From positions 1-43,166 of the forward strand of contig QIDY01000052.1 in NCBI GenBank assembly GCA_003228495.1: a DNA stretch of 43,166 bases, read 5' to 3'. Below, in pieces: positions 1 to 9,213 of the stretch (its first letter is position 1; every line of letters begins with the position of its first letter). The position numbers were made by a program, and so were the translations under genes. Source of the stretch: Nitrospirota bacterium (lineage in GTDB: Bacteria > Nitrospirota > Nitrospiria > Nitrospirales > UBA8639). Below the pieces are notes generated by a model that saw nothing but the letters and a program-made list of their open reading frames with translations, ran no database searches and was not told the DNA's origin.

Positions 1-334
1 TCCGGCCAAGATTTTTCGCTTGGTCAGAAAGAAACTTTAAGTCTTTCCCACTGGCCCCGGTTATGGCACTTAACTCCGATAAGGTCTTTTGAAATTGTTG
101 GTTGACCCTGATAGTGTCACGAACAATCTTCACGACCCCAACCGCAGCGGCGACAAACCCGAGCGGCCCTATAAGTGACCGGGTAAATTCCTTAAAAGAA
201 AAGTTTGTCGCTACGACATTTTGCCGGGTAGTTTTGACCGAGGCGTTGATTTTGCCGAGGCTACGATTAACTTCACTGGCCCCACGAACGGCCCCCGTAC
301 TGTCAATGACAATTCTGATTGTTCCATCAGCCAT
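1..334 (-). CDS. Tail tape measure protein, N-terminal part (runs off the window edge; absent from the ORF track)
   Basis: Manual translation from ATG 334 (RBS GAGGTG): MADGTIRIVIDSTGAVRGASEVNRSL...FQKTLSELSAITGASGKDLKFLSDQAKNLGR. Resembles the start of the TP901-type TMP core and follows the tail chaperones. Confidence 0.9.
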   Translation of the reverse strand, partial: MADGTIRIVIDSTGAVRGASEVNRSLGKINASVKTTRQNVVATNFSFKEFTRSLIGPLGFVAAAVGVVKIVRDTIRVNQQFQKTLSELSAITGASGKDLKFLSDQAKNLGR

Positions 335-354
335 AGCCACACCTCACCTTTCGA

Positions 355-660
355 TTACGGCCTTCTGTGGTGCGCGAGGTATTCGAGATCCAGAGCGGTG
401 ACCATCCTGCACAACACCTGAAACTCGAACGCCTCGATGATTTTATATCTCGTGGCCCACGCATCAATCGCGGTCCAAGGAATGAAACCAAGAGAGCCCC
501 CAACCGGGCGAGTTCCCGTGAGGTCCATAAAGCAGTCCCAATAAAGTTCATTCCACAAGTCCACTGTCGGACGTTCGGTGACGGTAACCGGGGGAGGCAC
601 CCCCGCTTCTCTGGCGGCGGCGAGAATCTTCTCATCTGTCTTGTCCTTGCCCCACGTCAA
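355..660 (-). CDS. Tail assembly chaperone, C-terminal frameshift extension (gpGT-like)
   Basis: Motif WDCFMDLTGTRPVG...IPWTAIDAWA...LDLEYL. Its frame stays open back to the slippery site at 684-690. Confidence 0.8.
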   Translation of the reverse strand: MTWGKDKTDEKILAAAREAGVPPPVTVTERPTVDLWNELYWDCFMDLTGTRPVGGSLGFIPWTAIDAWATRYKIIEAFEFQVLCRMVTALDLEYLAHHRRP

Positions 661-680
661 TTGATAACGCAGGGCTTCCG

Positions 681-1154
681 TTAGTTTTTTTCGGTACGTT
701 CCAATTCCGTTTCCTGGTAATTGGATCGACTATGGGCGCTATTGATTATCAGGGTGAACAAGTCAGGGAAGAATTGCAGGAGTTCAATGGCCAGTTCCTT
801 TGAATACGCCACTTCCTTACCATCGCTATCCTTAATACCTTCCCATCCCAAAATGACCGCTTCGGCATAGACCACAGCGAGCAGCCCCTTCATTTCATCT
901 TCCGTAATCTCCCCGCTCAACACCCGATCTTCATTCGGCTTGACCATTCTGTTGTAAGCCCGTTTCCATTCCGTGTTCCTTAACCCGGCCCGGCGTAGCT
1001 TGAACTTGATAGCCGTCCCATCGTCAAGGGTATAGGGCACGATGACCCCGGCTTGTTCAAGGAAGGGGTTGGCCCCAAAGGTCCCAAACAGATTAGCGAA
1101 TTGCGCTTTCTTCTTTTCAAAACCATCATTTGTCGGATCTGGTTTCTTTGCCAT
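681..1154 (-). CDS. Tail assembly chaperone (gpG-like)
   Basis: Lies between tail tube and TMP; motif AEAVILGWEGIKD..G...YSKE.AIELL..FPDLF; ends EKN* at a slippery heptamer. Confidence 0.85.
   Translation of the reverse strand: MAKKPDPTNDGFEKKKAQFANLFGTFGANPFLEQAGVIVPYTLDDGTAIKFKLRRAGLRNTEWKRAYNRMVKPNEDRVLSGEITEDEMKGLLAVVYAEAVILGWEGIKDSDGKEVAYSKELAIELLQFFPDLFTLIINSAHSRSNYQETELERTEKN
684..690 (-). other. -1 programmed ribosomal frameshift site A AAA AAC
   Basis: Sequence is GAA AAA AAC TAA; the -1 frame reads KLTEALRYQLTWGKDK and runs into ORF 355-660. Confidence 0.85.
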
Positions 1155-1264
1155 GCGTTCCTTCTCCTATGTCGGTTAGGGGGGGGGAGGCCCCGACACG
1201 ACCTCCCCCTTAGTCTGGCCAGACATCTTAAGGGGAGGTGCAGGCTCCCCCCTTTCTCTACTTA

Positions 1265-2707
1265 CTACGTTTTATGGAACCGTTGAATCTGCATCGTATA
1301 TAGGCTGTTGGCAGATTCCAAGATGGACTGGAAGCCAAGGTTGATTAACACCTCCTGGTTTTTCCCCGGCACAGCGGGAAACCCGGAACTGTACTTGAGC
1401 CGAGGCATGTCAATGAGGATGGTTTTGTTTGCCCCATCCGTGAACCGAATGTCCAATGAACGCTCAGTATTATTCAGCACGTCTTCAAGGTAACTCTTAT
1501 CCTCGAAATAGAGGTTGATGTTCCCGGTGACTGAAAACTCACCGGCACCAATCCCAATGGACCCCAAGTTCCCGATCGCGTTCTGCCTTCTCAGGTTGTT
1601 GTTGATGTCTATGGCTCCATCCAAAATAAAACTTGGAGTACCAATAGGACCATCCACACCTCGCCCGATACGCCCCACGTTTGAGCTTGTGTTAAACACT
1701 GACCGAGCAGGCGCGACAATATCCGTTGCTCCTGCAAACCGGGTATTACCCACGCTGGCCCCGAAGCCCATGAACCCCGCGGTCGCCGTGACGATTGATT
1801 GAGAGGCCAAAGCAATGTTAAACGTGTTCACCCGTTGGCCGGTATAATACTGGTAGGTAAGCGGGGAATGATCATTAAACACTTGCTCCAAGCTGTAGTG
1901 CTTTTCCACCACGTCATTCCGCAACCGATCACCAAACCTCAACCAGACCAGTTCCGTGGTGCTGGCGTCTGCTGCCCATCCAGTAGGCACAATGTCAAAG
2001 GTGAGGACGTTGGCCGCAATGGCACTAATCCGAACCCAGTCATTGTTCGCCGGTGTTGGCAATTGATTCGCGGTAAGCGGACCACCGATCTTGATCCAAT
2101 CCCCCACCAACAACCCGAGCGTCGTAAAGTCAAGGATGGTTGATGTGATGGTATCCGGCGAGGTGGTTGAATCAATATCACCCGCGGCCCCTTGGACCCC
2201 TGTGTTAATGAGCTTGGCGGTAGAAGGTGCCGACCCATTATCAGTCAACCCGCTTGCGGCGGTCACGTTGGTTGCGTTAGTGGTAGCCACGGCTGGGAAA
2301 ACCACCTCATCATTCAGATCCCCAAACCCTTCCAGGTAAATAAGGTCATCCACGGCGAAGGCTGATCCAGAAGCTACGGTGATGACGTTGCTTGAAATGC
2401 TCGTAACATTCCCGCTTTCACGCCGGTTCCTATTTGTCCACACATTGAATAAAGCCCCTTCCAAAATGGTATCTAAGGCCCCGTGTGAAAGTTCATGCCC
2501 TGCATCTCCCCCCGACTCAGCACCCACAAGAATCAAATCCGTGATGTTACGGTCAGACCTGATTTCCTCGCTCGTGACGGTGACAGGGTTGAATGCAAGG
2601 CTCGGCGTTCCCGTAATTCTCAAAACTTGAAATGCCGGAGTTGCCGGTGTGGTCCCAGGGGTAATCTCTTCAACAATCCCTAGGCTCACTCTATTGGTAT
2701 CGCTCAT
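1265..2707 (-). CDS. Major tail tube protein with internal insertion
   Basis: N-terminal SEEIRSDRNITDL..GAESGGD..HELSHG and C-terminal NNNLR...IG..G......GEFSVTGNINLYFED are typical of sipho tail tubes. A central T/A-rich beta insertion brings it to 480 aa. Confidence 0.85.
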   Translation of the reverse strand: MSDTNRVSLGIVEEITPGTTPATPAFQVLRITGTPSLAFNPVTVTSEEIRSDRNITDLILVGAESGGDAGHELSHGALDTILEGALFNVWTNRNRRESGNVTSISSNVITVASGSAFAVDDLIYLEGFGDLNDEVVFPAVATTNATNVTAASGLTDNGSAPSTAKLINTGVQGAAGDIDSTTSPDTITSTILDFTTLGLLVGDWIKIGGPLTANQLPTPANNDWVRISAIAANVLTFDIVPTGWAADASTTELVWLRFGDRLRNDVVEKHYSLEQVFNDHSPLTYQYYTGQRVNTFNIALASQSIVTATAGFMGFGASVGNTRFAGATDIVAPARSVFNTSSNVGRIGRGVDGPIGTPSFILDGAIDINNNLRRQNAIGNLGSIGIGAGEFSVTGNINLYFEDKSYLEDVLNNTERSLDIRFTDGANKTILIDMPRLKYSSGFPAVPGKNQEVLINLGFQSILESANSLYTMQIQRFHKT

Positions 2708-2746
2708 AGCGTGTCCCCCTCATTAGGAAGTGACTACCCCGAGGCA

Positions 2747-3157
2747 TCACTCATTATCATCATAAATAAATTCAGCCGTGACGTTCTGTTGGTACCATTT
2801 TCCGTCCGGCCCTACATTGACTATTGAAACATCTCTAAACCAAAGGCTCCCCATTCCTAGGTGTTGGCCCCGGAAGACATCCCTGGCCGTTGTGGCCAGA
2901 ACCGTATTCGTTGATTTCCCCCGACCCACAGGAGTGAATACTTGCACGAATACCGTTCCAAAGTTGCGAAAGCCCCGCGTCCCCGGAGCCCCCAAACTGG
3001 CAATGGTGCCAGCGGTGTTCTGGATATTAAGCCGAACCCAGGAGTCATTCCTGCTTTCTGCGTCAAAATCCAGGTTATCCCACGCGATAGGAGTCGTCGT
3101 TCCCCACGCGGTATTGAACGCTGATTGAATCGCTTTCTCTGCTTCATCCGGCGTCAT
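2747..3157 (-). CDS. Tail terminator / tail completion protein
   Basis: Motif IAWDN..F......WVRL...G.VFVQVFTPVGRG...WYQQNV; immediately upstream of the tail tube gene. Confidence 0.8.
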   Translation of the reverse strand: MTPDEAEKAIQSAFNTAWGTTTPIAWDNLDFDAESRNDSWVRLNIQNTAGTIASLGAPGTRGFRNFGTVFVQVFTPVGRGKSTNTVLATTARDVFRGQHLGMGSLWFRDVSIVNVGPDGKWYQQNVTAEFIYDDNE

Positions 3158-3591
3158 CTAAAATCAACTCGCTTTCCGTCAAAGCTATTGATCGCGACCG
3201 TAAATGATTTCTCAACAAATCCCGCGGGAGCCTGTCGACTGTGCCCATCATTCAGTGGGACCGCATAGGGTAGGTTGTTTTGCACAATGATTTTTTCTCC
3301 AAGATCAAATCCCCGTATGACCCCGCGGCCTTGCCCGATAGCGATGGACCCGCTTTTATCTATAGTATCTAGCTGTGTTCCATTAGGAGCATTGAGACTC
3401 ACTTGCCAATTGGCGCGGAACCGGCCCCCGACATAACCGGGAGGAGGCTTGCTTTTCCATAGGTTCGGATCACCAACCGGGCTAGCCAAGACAACCGTTT
3501 GCAGGGTGAGAAAGGCCAGTTCCACAATAAGCTTTTCCGCTCCCCGGACCAACCCTTCCTCTACCCGCTTTCTTTCCGTTTCAAAACTCAT
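3154..3591 (-). CDS. Neck protein, HK97 gp10-like
   Basis: Motif SPVG..GRFRANWQVS...NNLPYAVPLNDGHSRQAPAGFV. Confidence 0.8.
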   Translation of the reverse strand: MSFETERKRVEEGLVRGAEKLIVELAFLTLQTVVLASPVGDPNLWKSKPPPGYVGGRFRANWQVSLNAPNGTQLDTIDKSGSIAIGQGRGVIRGFDLGEKIIVQNNLPYAVPLNDGHSRQAPAGFVEKSFTVAINSFDGKRVDFR

Positions 3592-4493
3592 TAGCCCCTT
3601 AAAAGTATTCCCCCAGGAATAAGATATTCTTGAATCAAACTATCGGCGGCTGGATACGGGATAGAGATTTGAATCCTCCCACCTTCAAGCCATCGAGTTG
3701 TTTCCTCAATCACATCAACTTTTTCTCGCTTCTCAATAACTTGATTTCCTGTTATGACGTCGGGATCTGGTTGCAAAATTGAGGCAACACTTCGCACGGC
3801 ATATTCTGAATTGCATTGCTTGAGCCTATCGGGAATACCTAGGATCTTTATTCCATCGCGGTCAACTAAATTCAAGCGGGGAAAAGAGAGTGGTTGCGGC
3901 CTTCCCGTATCGGTCCCACCGATCAGCGTCACGCTTGACCACACGGCACCAACTACCGTGGTTGTTGTGGCAATAAGATTTCCTTGCGTTCCATCTAGCC
4001 GGGCTTCGGCTATCAAGGCATCATCCTCAAACGCACGGGATGAGGCGTCAGGATGAGCCACGGTTCCGGCCCCAACTGTTATGCCGAGAGTATCCGGGTT
4101 GGCGCTTACGGCCTGAATGAGGTTGTTGATTGACTCACTGGCATTGGCTCCGATTAAAACGTCATTGGCGCTGGATAAGGCCGCGACAAAAGTATAGGTC
4201 TGTGACCCTATGACCACCGCCGAGGCCGCTATAGGATTTGCTGCAAAAGTTAAGACCGCCTTGGCCAAGGTGAGACTTGTAAACTCTTTTTTCCCACCAA
4301 AAGATTCTCGATATCGACTTTCAAGGTAATCTGTTGCGGCTATCGCGTGAGCCTGTTGCACGGCAACGGCAAGGGTACTCCAAGAATTCTCTGCTTGCCT
4401 GTTGCGCTCCGTGAGATAATTAGTGATGTACGCAATAGAAGAAAATGAATTCGCACCAGCAATCCCGCTACCATCCTCAACGATGAACGCCAT
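3591..4493 (-). CDS. Head-tail adaptor (often annotated DnaT-like) with an inserted domain of about 120 aa
   Basis: Motifs MAFIVEDGSG...ANSF...ATDYLE...F.GKK, QPLSFPR, IPDRLKQC.SEYA and YPAADSLI..YL. Confidence 0.75.
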   Translation of the reverse strand: MAFIVEDGSGIAGANSFSSIAYITNYLTERNRQAENSWSTLAVAVQQAHAIAATDYLESRYRESFGGKKEFTSLTLAKAVLTFAANPIAASAVVIGSQTYTFVAALSSANDVLIGANASESINNLIQAVSANPDTLGITVGAGTVAHPDASSRAFEDDALIAEARLDGTQGNLIATTTTVVGAVWSSVTLIGGTDTGRPQPLSFPRLNLVDRDGIKILGIPDRLKQCNSEYAVRSVASILQPDPDVITGNQVIEKREKVDVIEETTRWLEGGRIQISIPYPAADSLIQEYLIPGGILLRG

Positions 4494-4511
4494 GGTGAAA
4501 CCTTTCTGGAC

Positions 4512-4883
4512 TTAGGAATTGACTTCTACGTCGTACATAATCACGTCATCACCGGGATCGACGATTTTCACATTGCTGATTTTCCAATCAATCCCGCGAT
4601 CCTGTATTTTTGTTGCCGTGGTCATTTCATCCGGTGTGATGTCCCCCGCGGCGATCAATACGTGCTTGACTCCTTTTGTGACAAGCGACGGAGCCGTTTG
4701 GTCATCTCTGGATTGGTTCAAAAAAACTCCGACCACCGTCTTGGTATTGACGCTTTCGATCTTCCCTAGGTAGGGCTTGTTGATGTCCTGATCTATGCTT
4801 GTGGGAAAGACAATGACAATGGAACGTCCATTTTTTGTGATGAGCCTTTGGGCCAAAAGAACAAATTTAGTAAACCTAGCCAT
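4512..4883 (-). CDS. Head closure / head-tail joining protein
   Basis: Motif AQRLITKNGR...WKISNVKIVDPGDDVIMYDVEV; lies in the neck module. Confidence 0.65.
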   Translation of the reverse strand: MARFTKFVLLAQRLITKNGRSIVIVFPTSIDQDINKPYLGKIESVNTKTVVGVFLNQSRDDQTAPSLVTKGVKHVLIAAGDITPDEMTTATKIQDRGIDWKISNVKIVDPGDDVIMYDVEVNS

Positions 4884-4887
4884 TGCG

Positions 4888-5283
4888 CTACGGAACCTTT
4901 TTTAGGTTACGAATATTAAAATCAACATCCCAATTTGAATCGGACACTGAGTTGAATACCATTTTGAAGGTTGCTCGATGAACTTCAATCCCATCCACCT
5001 TAAGCGTCCCATCAACAATCCCCGTATCCGCTGATTGAATATTGAACCTCAAGGCTCCACCCGTTGAAACGACAACATTGTTCGCATTGAGGGCGTTCTG
5101 GTCCAGCCTAGAATTGATGGTTGTTCCGTCAAGCAAGTTACACAAAGTAATGGTGAGACTATCAATGTCCGCAAGCAGGATGGGAAGCTCGTTCTCATCC
5201 TGCAATTGCGGAAGGGTATAGACAGCCGTGCTGCCTTCATTGATGACTTTCACGAATTTTGTCGGCAAGAGTGACATGGTCAA
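4888..5283 (-). CDS. Virion-associated beta-sandwich protein (hypothetical)
   Basis: 131 aa, beta-rich, ATGA-coupled to the upstream gene. Confidence 0.6.
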   Translation of the reverse strand: MTMSLLPTKFVKVINEGSTAVYTLPQLQDENELPILLADIDSLTITLCNLLDGTTINSRLDQNALNANNVVVSTGGALRFNIQSADTGIVDGTLKVDGIEVHRATFKMVFNSVSDSNWDVDFNIRNLKKVP

Positions 5284-6314
5284 GCCCAGGTTGAGGTGAG
5301 CGCACCAATCGCAAAACGTGGGGCTTGATCGCCATCGTTAATCACTACCGAAGAAGTCAATGACGCATAGGAAAACATGCTGGCCGTACCCGTTGCCCTG
5401 TCCACTCTAGCGAACGCAACCACTGTGCCCCAATTGGCCCCGGATGGTGCCGGGAAGGTGATTGCAAGCGTGTTCGCTGTTTGCCCCGTACCACCCGAAG
5501 GCACATCATAATTCGCATCCAGTGGATGGTGCGCTGTCCTTGCGTAAGCCCCGCCTGTCACCTCTGTCCCGCCTCCTGTTTCTCCGGGTGCCGCTGTATA
5601 TAACGCCCAATAGATTGGCTCCTTCAATGGCCCCACCGCGCAGGTTTGCCAAACCACGCCTCCGCTATCCGTGGTTTCCGTTCCTATGACTGTGCTAAAG
5701 GCTGGCTCTGATCCTGTTGATGTTCCAGCCACTACACACCGATACAAGCGGTCATTCCATGTTGCAGGTTGAACGATGTCACCAACCGAATAGGCTTGGG
5801 TAGTCCAATCAGCGATCACTAAAAGCTTGCTTCGATTGAACCCTTCAATCATGTTGTCTTCTGACAAGTCGGTCAGTGCTGTCCCAAAAAGTATCGGAAG
5901 GGAAAGCAGAAACATTGGGTCGACTGACCAAGCCAGCCAGCCCCCAAGTAAGGCCAGGACCAGCGTTCGCAAGCCTACATTTAGAATAGAGTCGGCCTTC
6001 CCTTTTATCTCTGGATGATAGGAAACGCCCTCTGGCATTTTGCCGCGGAGCCAAAGGGCCGCTCGGTTTATATCCTTATCTGAAAACTCTTTCGGCCAAA
6101 AAGATTCGGCTTCTCCATACCTCACGATCAGCAATGCCGTGAGCCAGTTGGTGTATACAGATTGATGCACTTTTACTTTTTCGCCGTGCCGGGCACTCAT
6201 AAGGGACGCCCATTCTTTTAATAATGCAGGGACAGGAATCTTATCAGTCAATTCCTTGTACCGATCTTTAGCTTTCTCCGAATATGGAATTCCAGAATCT
6301 TTAGGAATGCTCAT
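5280..6314 (-). CDS. Virion fibre-like protein with carbohydrate-binding-like insert and hydrophobic segment
   Basis: Hydrophobic stretch LVLALLGGWLAW..MFLLSLPILFG; CBM5/12-like W...AYSVGDIV...YRCVVAGTS...VVW; C-terminal LYTAAPGETGGGTEVTGGAYAR...ITFP....NWGTV. Confidence 0.65.
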   Translation of the reverse strand: MSIPKDSGIPYSEKAKDRYKELTDKIPVPALLKEWASLMSARHGEKVKVHQSVYTNWLTALLIVRYGEAESFWPKEFSDKDINRAALWLRGKMPEGVSYHPEIKGKADSILNVGLRTLVLALLGGWLAWSVDPMFLLSLPILFGTALTDLSEDNMIEGFNRSKLLVIADWTTQAYSVGDIVQPATWNDRLYRCVVAGTSTGSEPAFSTVIGTETTDSGGVVWQTCAVGPLKEPIYWALYTAAPGETGGGTEVTGGAYARTAHHPLDANYDVPSGGTGQTANTLAITFPAPSGANWGTVVAFARVDRATGTASMFSYASLTSSVVINDGDQAPRFAIGALTSTWA

Positions 6315-6327
6315 GTCAAAACCCTCC

Positions 6328-7413
6328 TCAAGCGGTTAGTGTTTCCCCTGTCGTTTGATGAATATCCAGCGCTTCATTCACTGGCGTTGGCGTGTTCAAT
6401 GCTTCATTGATCCGTATCAAGACCCTGAAAATAGCTGCCGTGACGGATAGCGTTCCATTTAATGTCAAGGTCATGGTTTCTTGTCCGACTAAACTTATCC
6501 CGATTTGCACATCACCTGATTCGGTGAGTGAGTAACTAAGATTCCCCGTAAGCAATTGCCCTACTTGAATTGCTCCCACTTCCACTAAGGAATAATTCAA
6601 AGCCCCGCTCAATAAAATATCGAGCGTCAAAGTTCCTGCTTCGGTCAAAGAGTAATTGAGTGCGCCTTGCAGGAATTTCCCGATTTGAATACTTCCAGCT
6701 TCATTCAAGGAATAGGCTAAAGCTCCTTGCAAGAATTGACCGATTTGAATATCCCCAAGTTCCGTTAAGGAATAAACCAAGTCCCCGGCTAGCAATGTCT
6801 CTATCGTCAAAGTTCCTGAGTGAGTCAAAGAATATACAAGCGCACCGGCAAGAAATTTTCCTATCTCAAGATCGCCTATATGGGTGAGGGAGTAAGCTAA
6901 GGCACCGGCAAGAAATTTACCAATTTTGATCGTGCCTGCATGAGTGAGGGAATAATTCAAATCGCCAGCCAAATCTACTCCACCAACTAGCAACGTCCCA
7001 TCATGGACAAGCGAATAATTCAGGGCACCCGTTATAAATTTTCCTACTTGAATTGTTCCGGCTTCGGTGAGGGAATAAGCCAAGGCACCAGCAAGAAATT
7101 TTCCTACTTGAATGTCTCCGGCTTCTGTTAATGAATAAGAAAGATTCCCAACAAGTAACTTACCAATTGAAAGATCCCCCGCATAAATTAAGGAATAGGC
7201 CAAGTCGCCTGCAAGAAATTTCCCTATCTGAATGTTGCCTGTATGGGTGAGGGAGTAAGCCAAAGCCCCAGACAAGAATTGGCCGATTTGAATATCCCCT
7301 GTGAGGTTCAATGAATAAGCTAAGTCACCAGACAAGAGTGGTGGTTTCTTCCCATGCGTCCATCTAATCGAACGAAACCGACTGTAGTGAATTGTCGGTC
7401 TAAAAATGCCCAA
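6328..7413 (-). CDS. Tandem-repeat virion fibre-like protein
   Basis: 14 YSL-containing repeats of about 20 aa (KFLAGALAYSLTEAGTIQVG type) plus one degenerate copy. Confidence 0.75.
   Translation of the reverse strand: MGIFRPTIHYSRFRSIRWTHGKKPPLLSGDLAYSLNLTGDIQIGQFLSGALAYSLTHTGNIQIGKFLAGDLAYSLIYAGDLSIGKLLVGNLSYSLTEAGDIQVGKFLAGALAYSLTEAGTIQVGKFITGALNYSLVHDGTLLVGGVDLAGDLNYSLTHAGTIKIGKFLAGALAYSLTHIGDLEIGKFLAGALVYSLTHSGTLTIETLLAGDLVYSLTELGDIQIGQFLQGALAYSLNEAGSIQIGKFLQGALNYSLTEAGTLTLDILLSGALNYSLVEVGAIQVGQLLTGNLSYSLTESGDVQIGISLVGQETMTLTLNGTLSVTAAIFRVLIRINEALNTPTPVNEALDIHQTTGETLTA
6440..7340 (-). repeat. Degenerate 60-bp coding tandem repeat, about 15 copies (boundaries approximate)
   Basis: GAATAA/GAGTAA and CAAGAAATT recur at 60-nt period on the + strand. 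Confidence 0.85.
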
Positions 7414-7418
7414 GTTAT

Positions 7419-7874
7419 TCAGCCTTCTTCTTCAAAGTAAAACGTGCCTGACATATCCATAGAACTTACTGGTACGTCAGGAATTTCAATAGTGATTCTT
7501 CGGTTGAAAACTTTAATCATCTCTTTTGGAATCGGACGATAGAACCATCCAATTTGCATGTTGACATTTTCTTCATGCAGATTGGTCCCACCCGTTCCTC
7601 GCGTGGTGTCATTTCTTCGCGCTGTAAAATCGGCAACGGGAACACCATCTATGGTTGGCTCAGGTGTCACCGCTGCTCCCACTGATCCCGCTGCCGCGCC
7701 TACTTTTATGATGAACCGAAGAAAGATTGCATTGGCATCCCCAACATCTGAATTTTGAGTAACAATCCCGCTCAATAATTTCAAAGAATGAACTGAGCCT
7801 GAAAGGGCCGAACATAAATCCTGTTGAAGTGCAACAGCCAAATTTGGAACCACCACTGTATAAATTCTTCCCAT
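7419..7874 (-). CDS. Hypothetical virion-associated protein
   Basis: Start re-assigned to ATG 7874 (MGRIYTVV), preceded by RBS AGGAG; ends MSGTFYFEEEG. Confidence 0.65.
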   Translation of the reverse strand: MGRIYTVVVPNLAVALQQDLCSALSGSVHSLKLLSGIVTQNSDVGDANAIFLRFIIKVGAAAGSVGAAVTPEPTIDGVPVADFTARRNDTTRGTGGTNLHEENVNMQIGWFYRPIPKEMIKVFNRRITIEIPDVPVSSMDMSGTFYFEEEG

Positions 7875-7885
7875 GGCTTTAACTC

Positions 7886-8863
7886 CTATCTGTTTAATAA
7901 ATGGGACATTTGCTTGACACGAGAAGGCCATGCCTGACCACCACCAGCAGCGACAAATTCCCAGGCCCCAATGTCATAATTACCTGATGTTCGCGCCACA
8001 CCATTGATTGATGGTGTTCCATTCGTAGTGTCATCTGTGCCTGCGTCAATGGCATCGGCACCGCTCTTTAGCCTAAAATCGTTATCAGTATTTTCGAATT
8101 GATCCGTAAATGCCTGTGTTGTAAACCCTGTGGGGGCAGAAGCATCATCTGTTAAATTCGTAGTTGAGGTCCATGACGTAGATCCCACAAACACATTTGT
8201 CGCACCGAAAACTAGGCAGTTTTGAATGACCCCTGTACCATGCGCAGACGAGATGGCATTTGTGGCCGGCGTTAAGCTATCAGGGCAAATCAAGGTACAA
8301 TTAAAAAAATTCGGGCCATTAAAGCTTTCTATAATTTGAGAAACCCCGCTCGCTCGTTGTATGGCCAAACTATTTTTAATGATGAACCCAGGTCCACCAG
8401 GATGAAAGCCTGCCGTATTATTAAATTCAAAAATACATTGATCTGCCTCTACCGTTTCTGATTGTGTCCCACCACCATTTGACAACGTAATACTAGATGT
8501 AGAAGTCGTTTCAAATTGCAACCTATTGATGAAAATATCATCATCGGTTGGAGTCATCAGCGTAATATAATTATTGGTATTCGAAAAGGCTGCTCCTTTG
8601 GTTGCATCATACTCTAAAGCATTCGTTTCAATGCCGGAGTTATCTACAAAAGATGCGCCAGCTTGAGCTGTCATCTGGATAAACGTAGATGGTGTGGTAG
8701 TATGCCCAGCAATTACCAAAACAGCACCGCTAATCTCTTCATCAATTTGTTCACCCGTATATGAATCAGGTGAAGTGGTAACAGGAATGGCATCTTCCCA
8801 TGCCTGCCAAGACGTAAAATCTCCACCCCCGCCAGTATCAATTGTCTCAAAGATAGCAGCCAT
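7886..8863 (-). CDS. Beta-helix (pectin lyase-like) virion protein
   Basis: N-terminal GGGGDFTSWQAWE; N/C-rich beta-helix-like repeats (IKNSL, FFNCT, IQNCL); C-terminal DFRLKSGADAIDAG...DIGAWEF. Confidence 0.65.
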   Translation of the reverse strand: MAAIFETIDTGGGGDFTSWQAWEDAIPVTTSPDSYTGEQIDEEISGAVLVIAGHTTTPSTFIQMTAQAGASFVDNSGIETNALEYDATKGAAFSNTNNYITLMTPTDDDIFINRLQFETTSTSSITLSNGGGTQSETVEADQCIFEFNNTAGFHPGGPGFIIKNSLAIQRASGVSQIIESFNGPNFFNCTLICPDSLTPATNAISSAHGTGVIQNCLVFGATNVFVGSTSWTSTTNLTDDASAPTGFTTQAFTDQFENTDNDFRLKSGADAIDAGTDDTTNGTPSINGVARTSGNYDIGAWEFVAAGGGQAWPSRVKQMSHLLNR

Positions 8864-9213
8864 TATGGAGCTCGATCACTCCATGGAAGTTTTATTTTCT
8901 GCACAGCTAACACCTCAGGCAATGTTGGTCGCGCCGGTAAGATAGCCACAAAATTAAAAGTAAATGCCCGTCGCTGAAGATACGGGTCAAGTAAGGGATT
9001 CCCAGGTTCAGGTGCTAAAAACCCAGACAATTGACTAGCAAGAATACCTGGAAATTTCTTGATGACCCATTCCGGGTTTGTTTTTTCCTTCACAGACCAA
9101 GGCCAATTATCCTCAAAGATCGCAATCACATCTCCGCGCTTCGAACATTTTGAATTTTTAATTCGACTATTGACATTGACCTTATCTACAGTCCTAATCA
9201 ATAATTCAGCCAT
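8863..9213 (-). CDS. Hypothetical protein
   Basis: Likely start ATG 9213 (MAELLIRTVDK), TGATG-coupled to the upstream gene. Confidence 0.65.
   Translation of the reverse strand: MAELLIRTVDKVNVNSRIKNSKCSKRGDVIAIFEDNWPWSVKEKTNPEWVIKKFPGILASQLSGFLAPEPGNPLLDPYLQRRAFTFNFVAILPARPTLPEVLAVQKIKLPWSDRAP

Noticed and set aside
6440-7340. 60-bp repeats as a CRISPR array or DGR template/variable repeat
   Set aside because: The repeats are in-frame coding units with synonymous divergence and no spacers; no reverse transcriptase is in the window.
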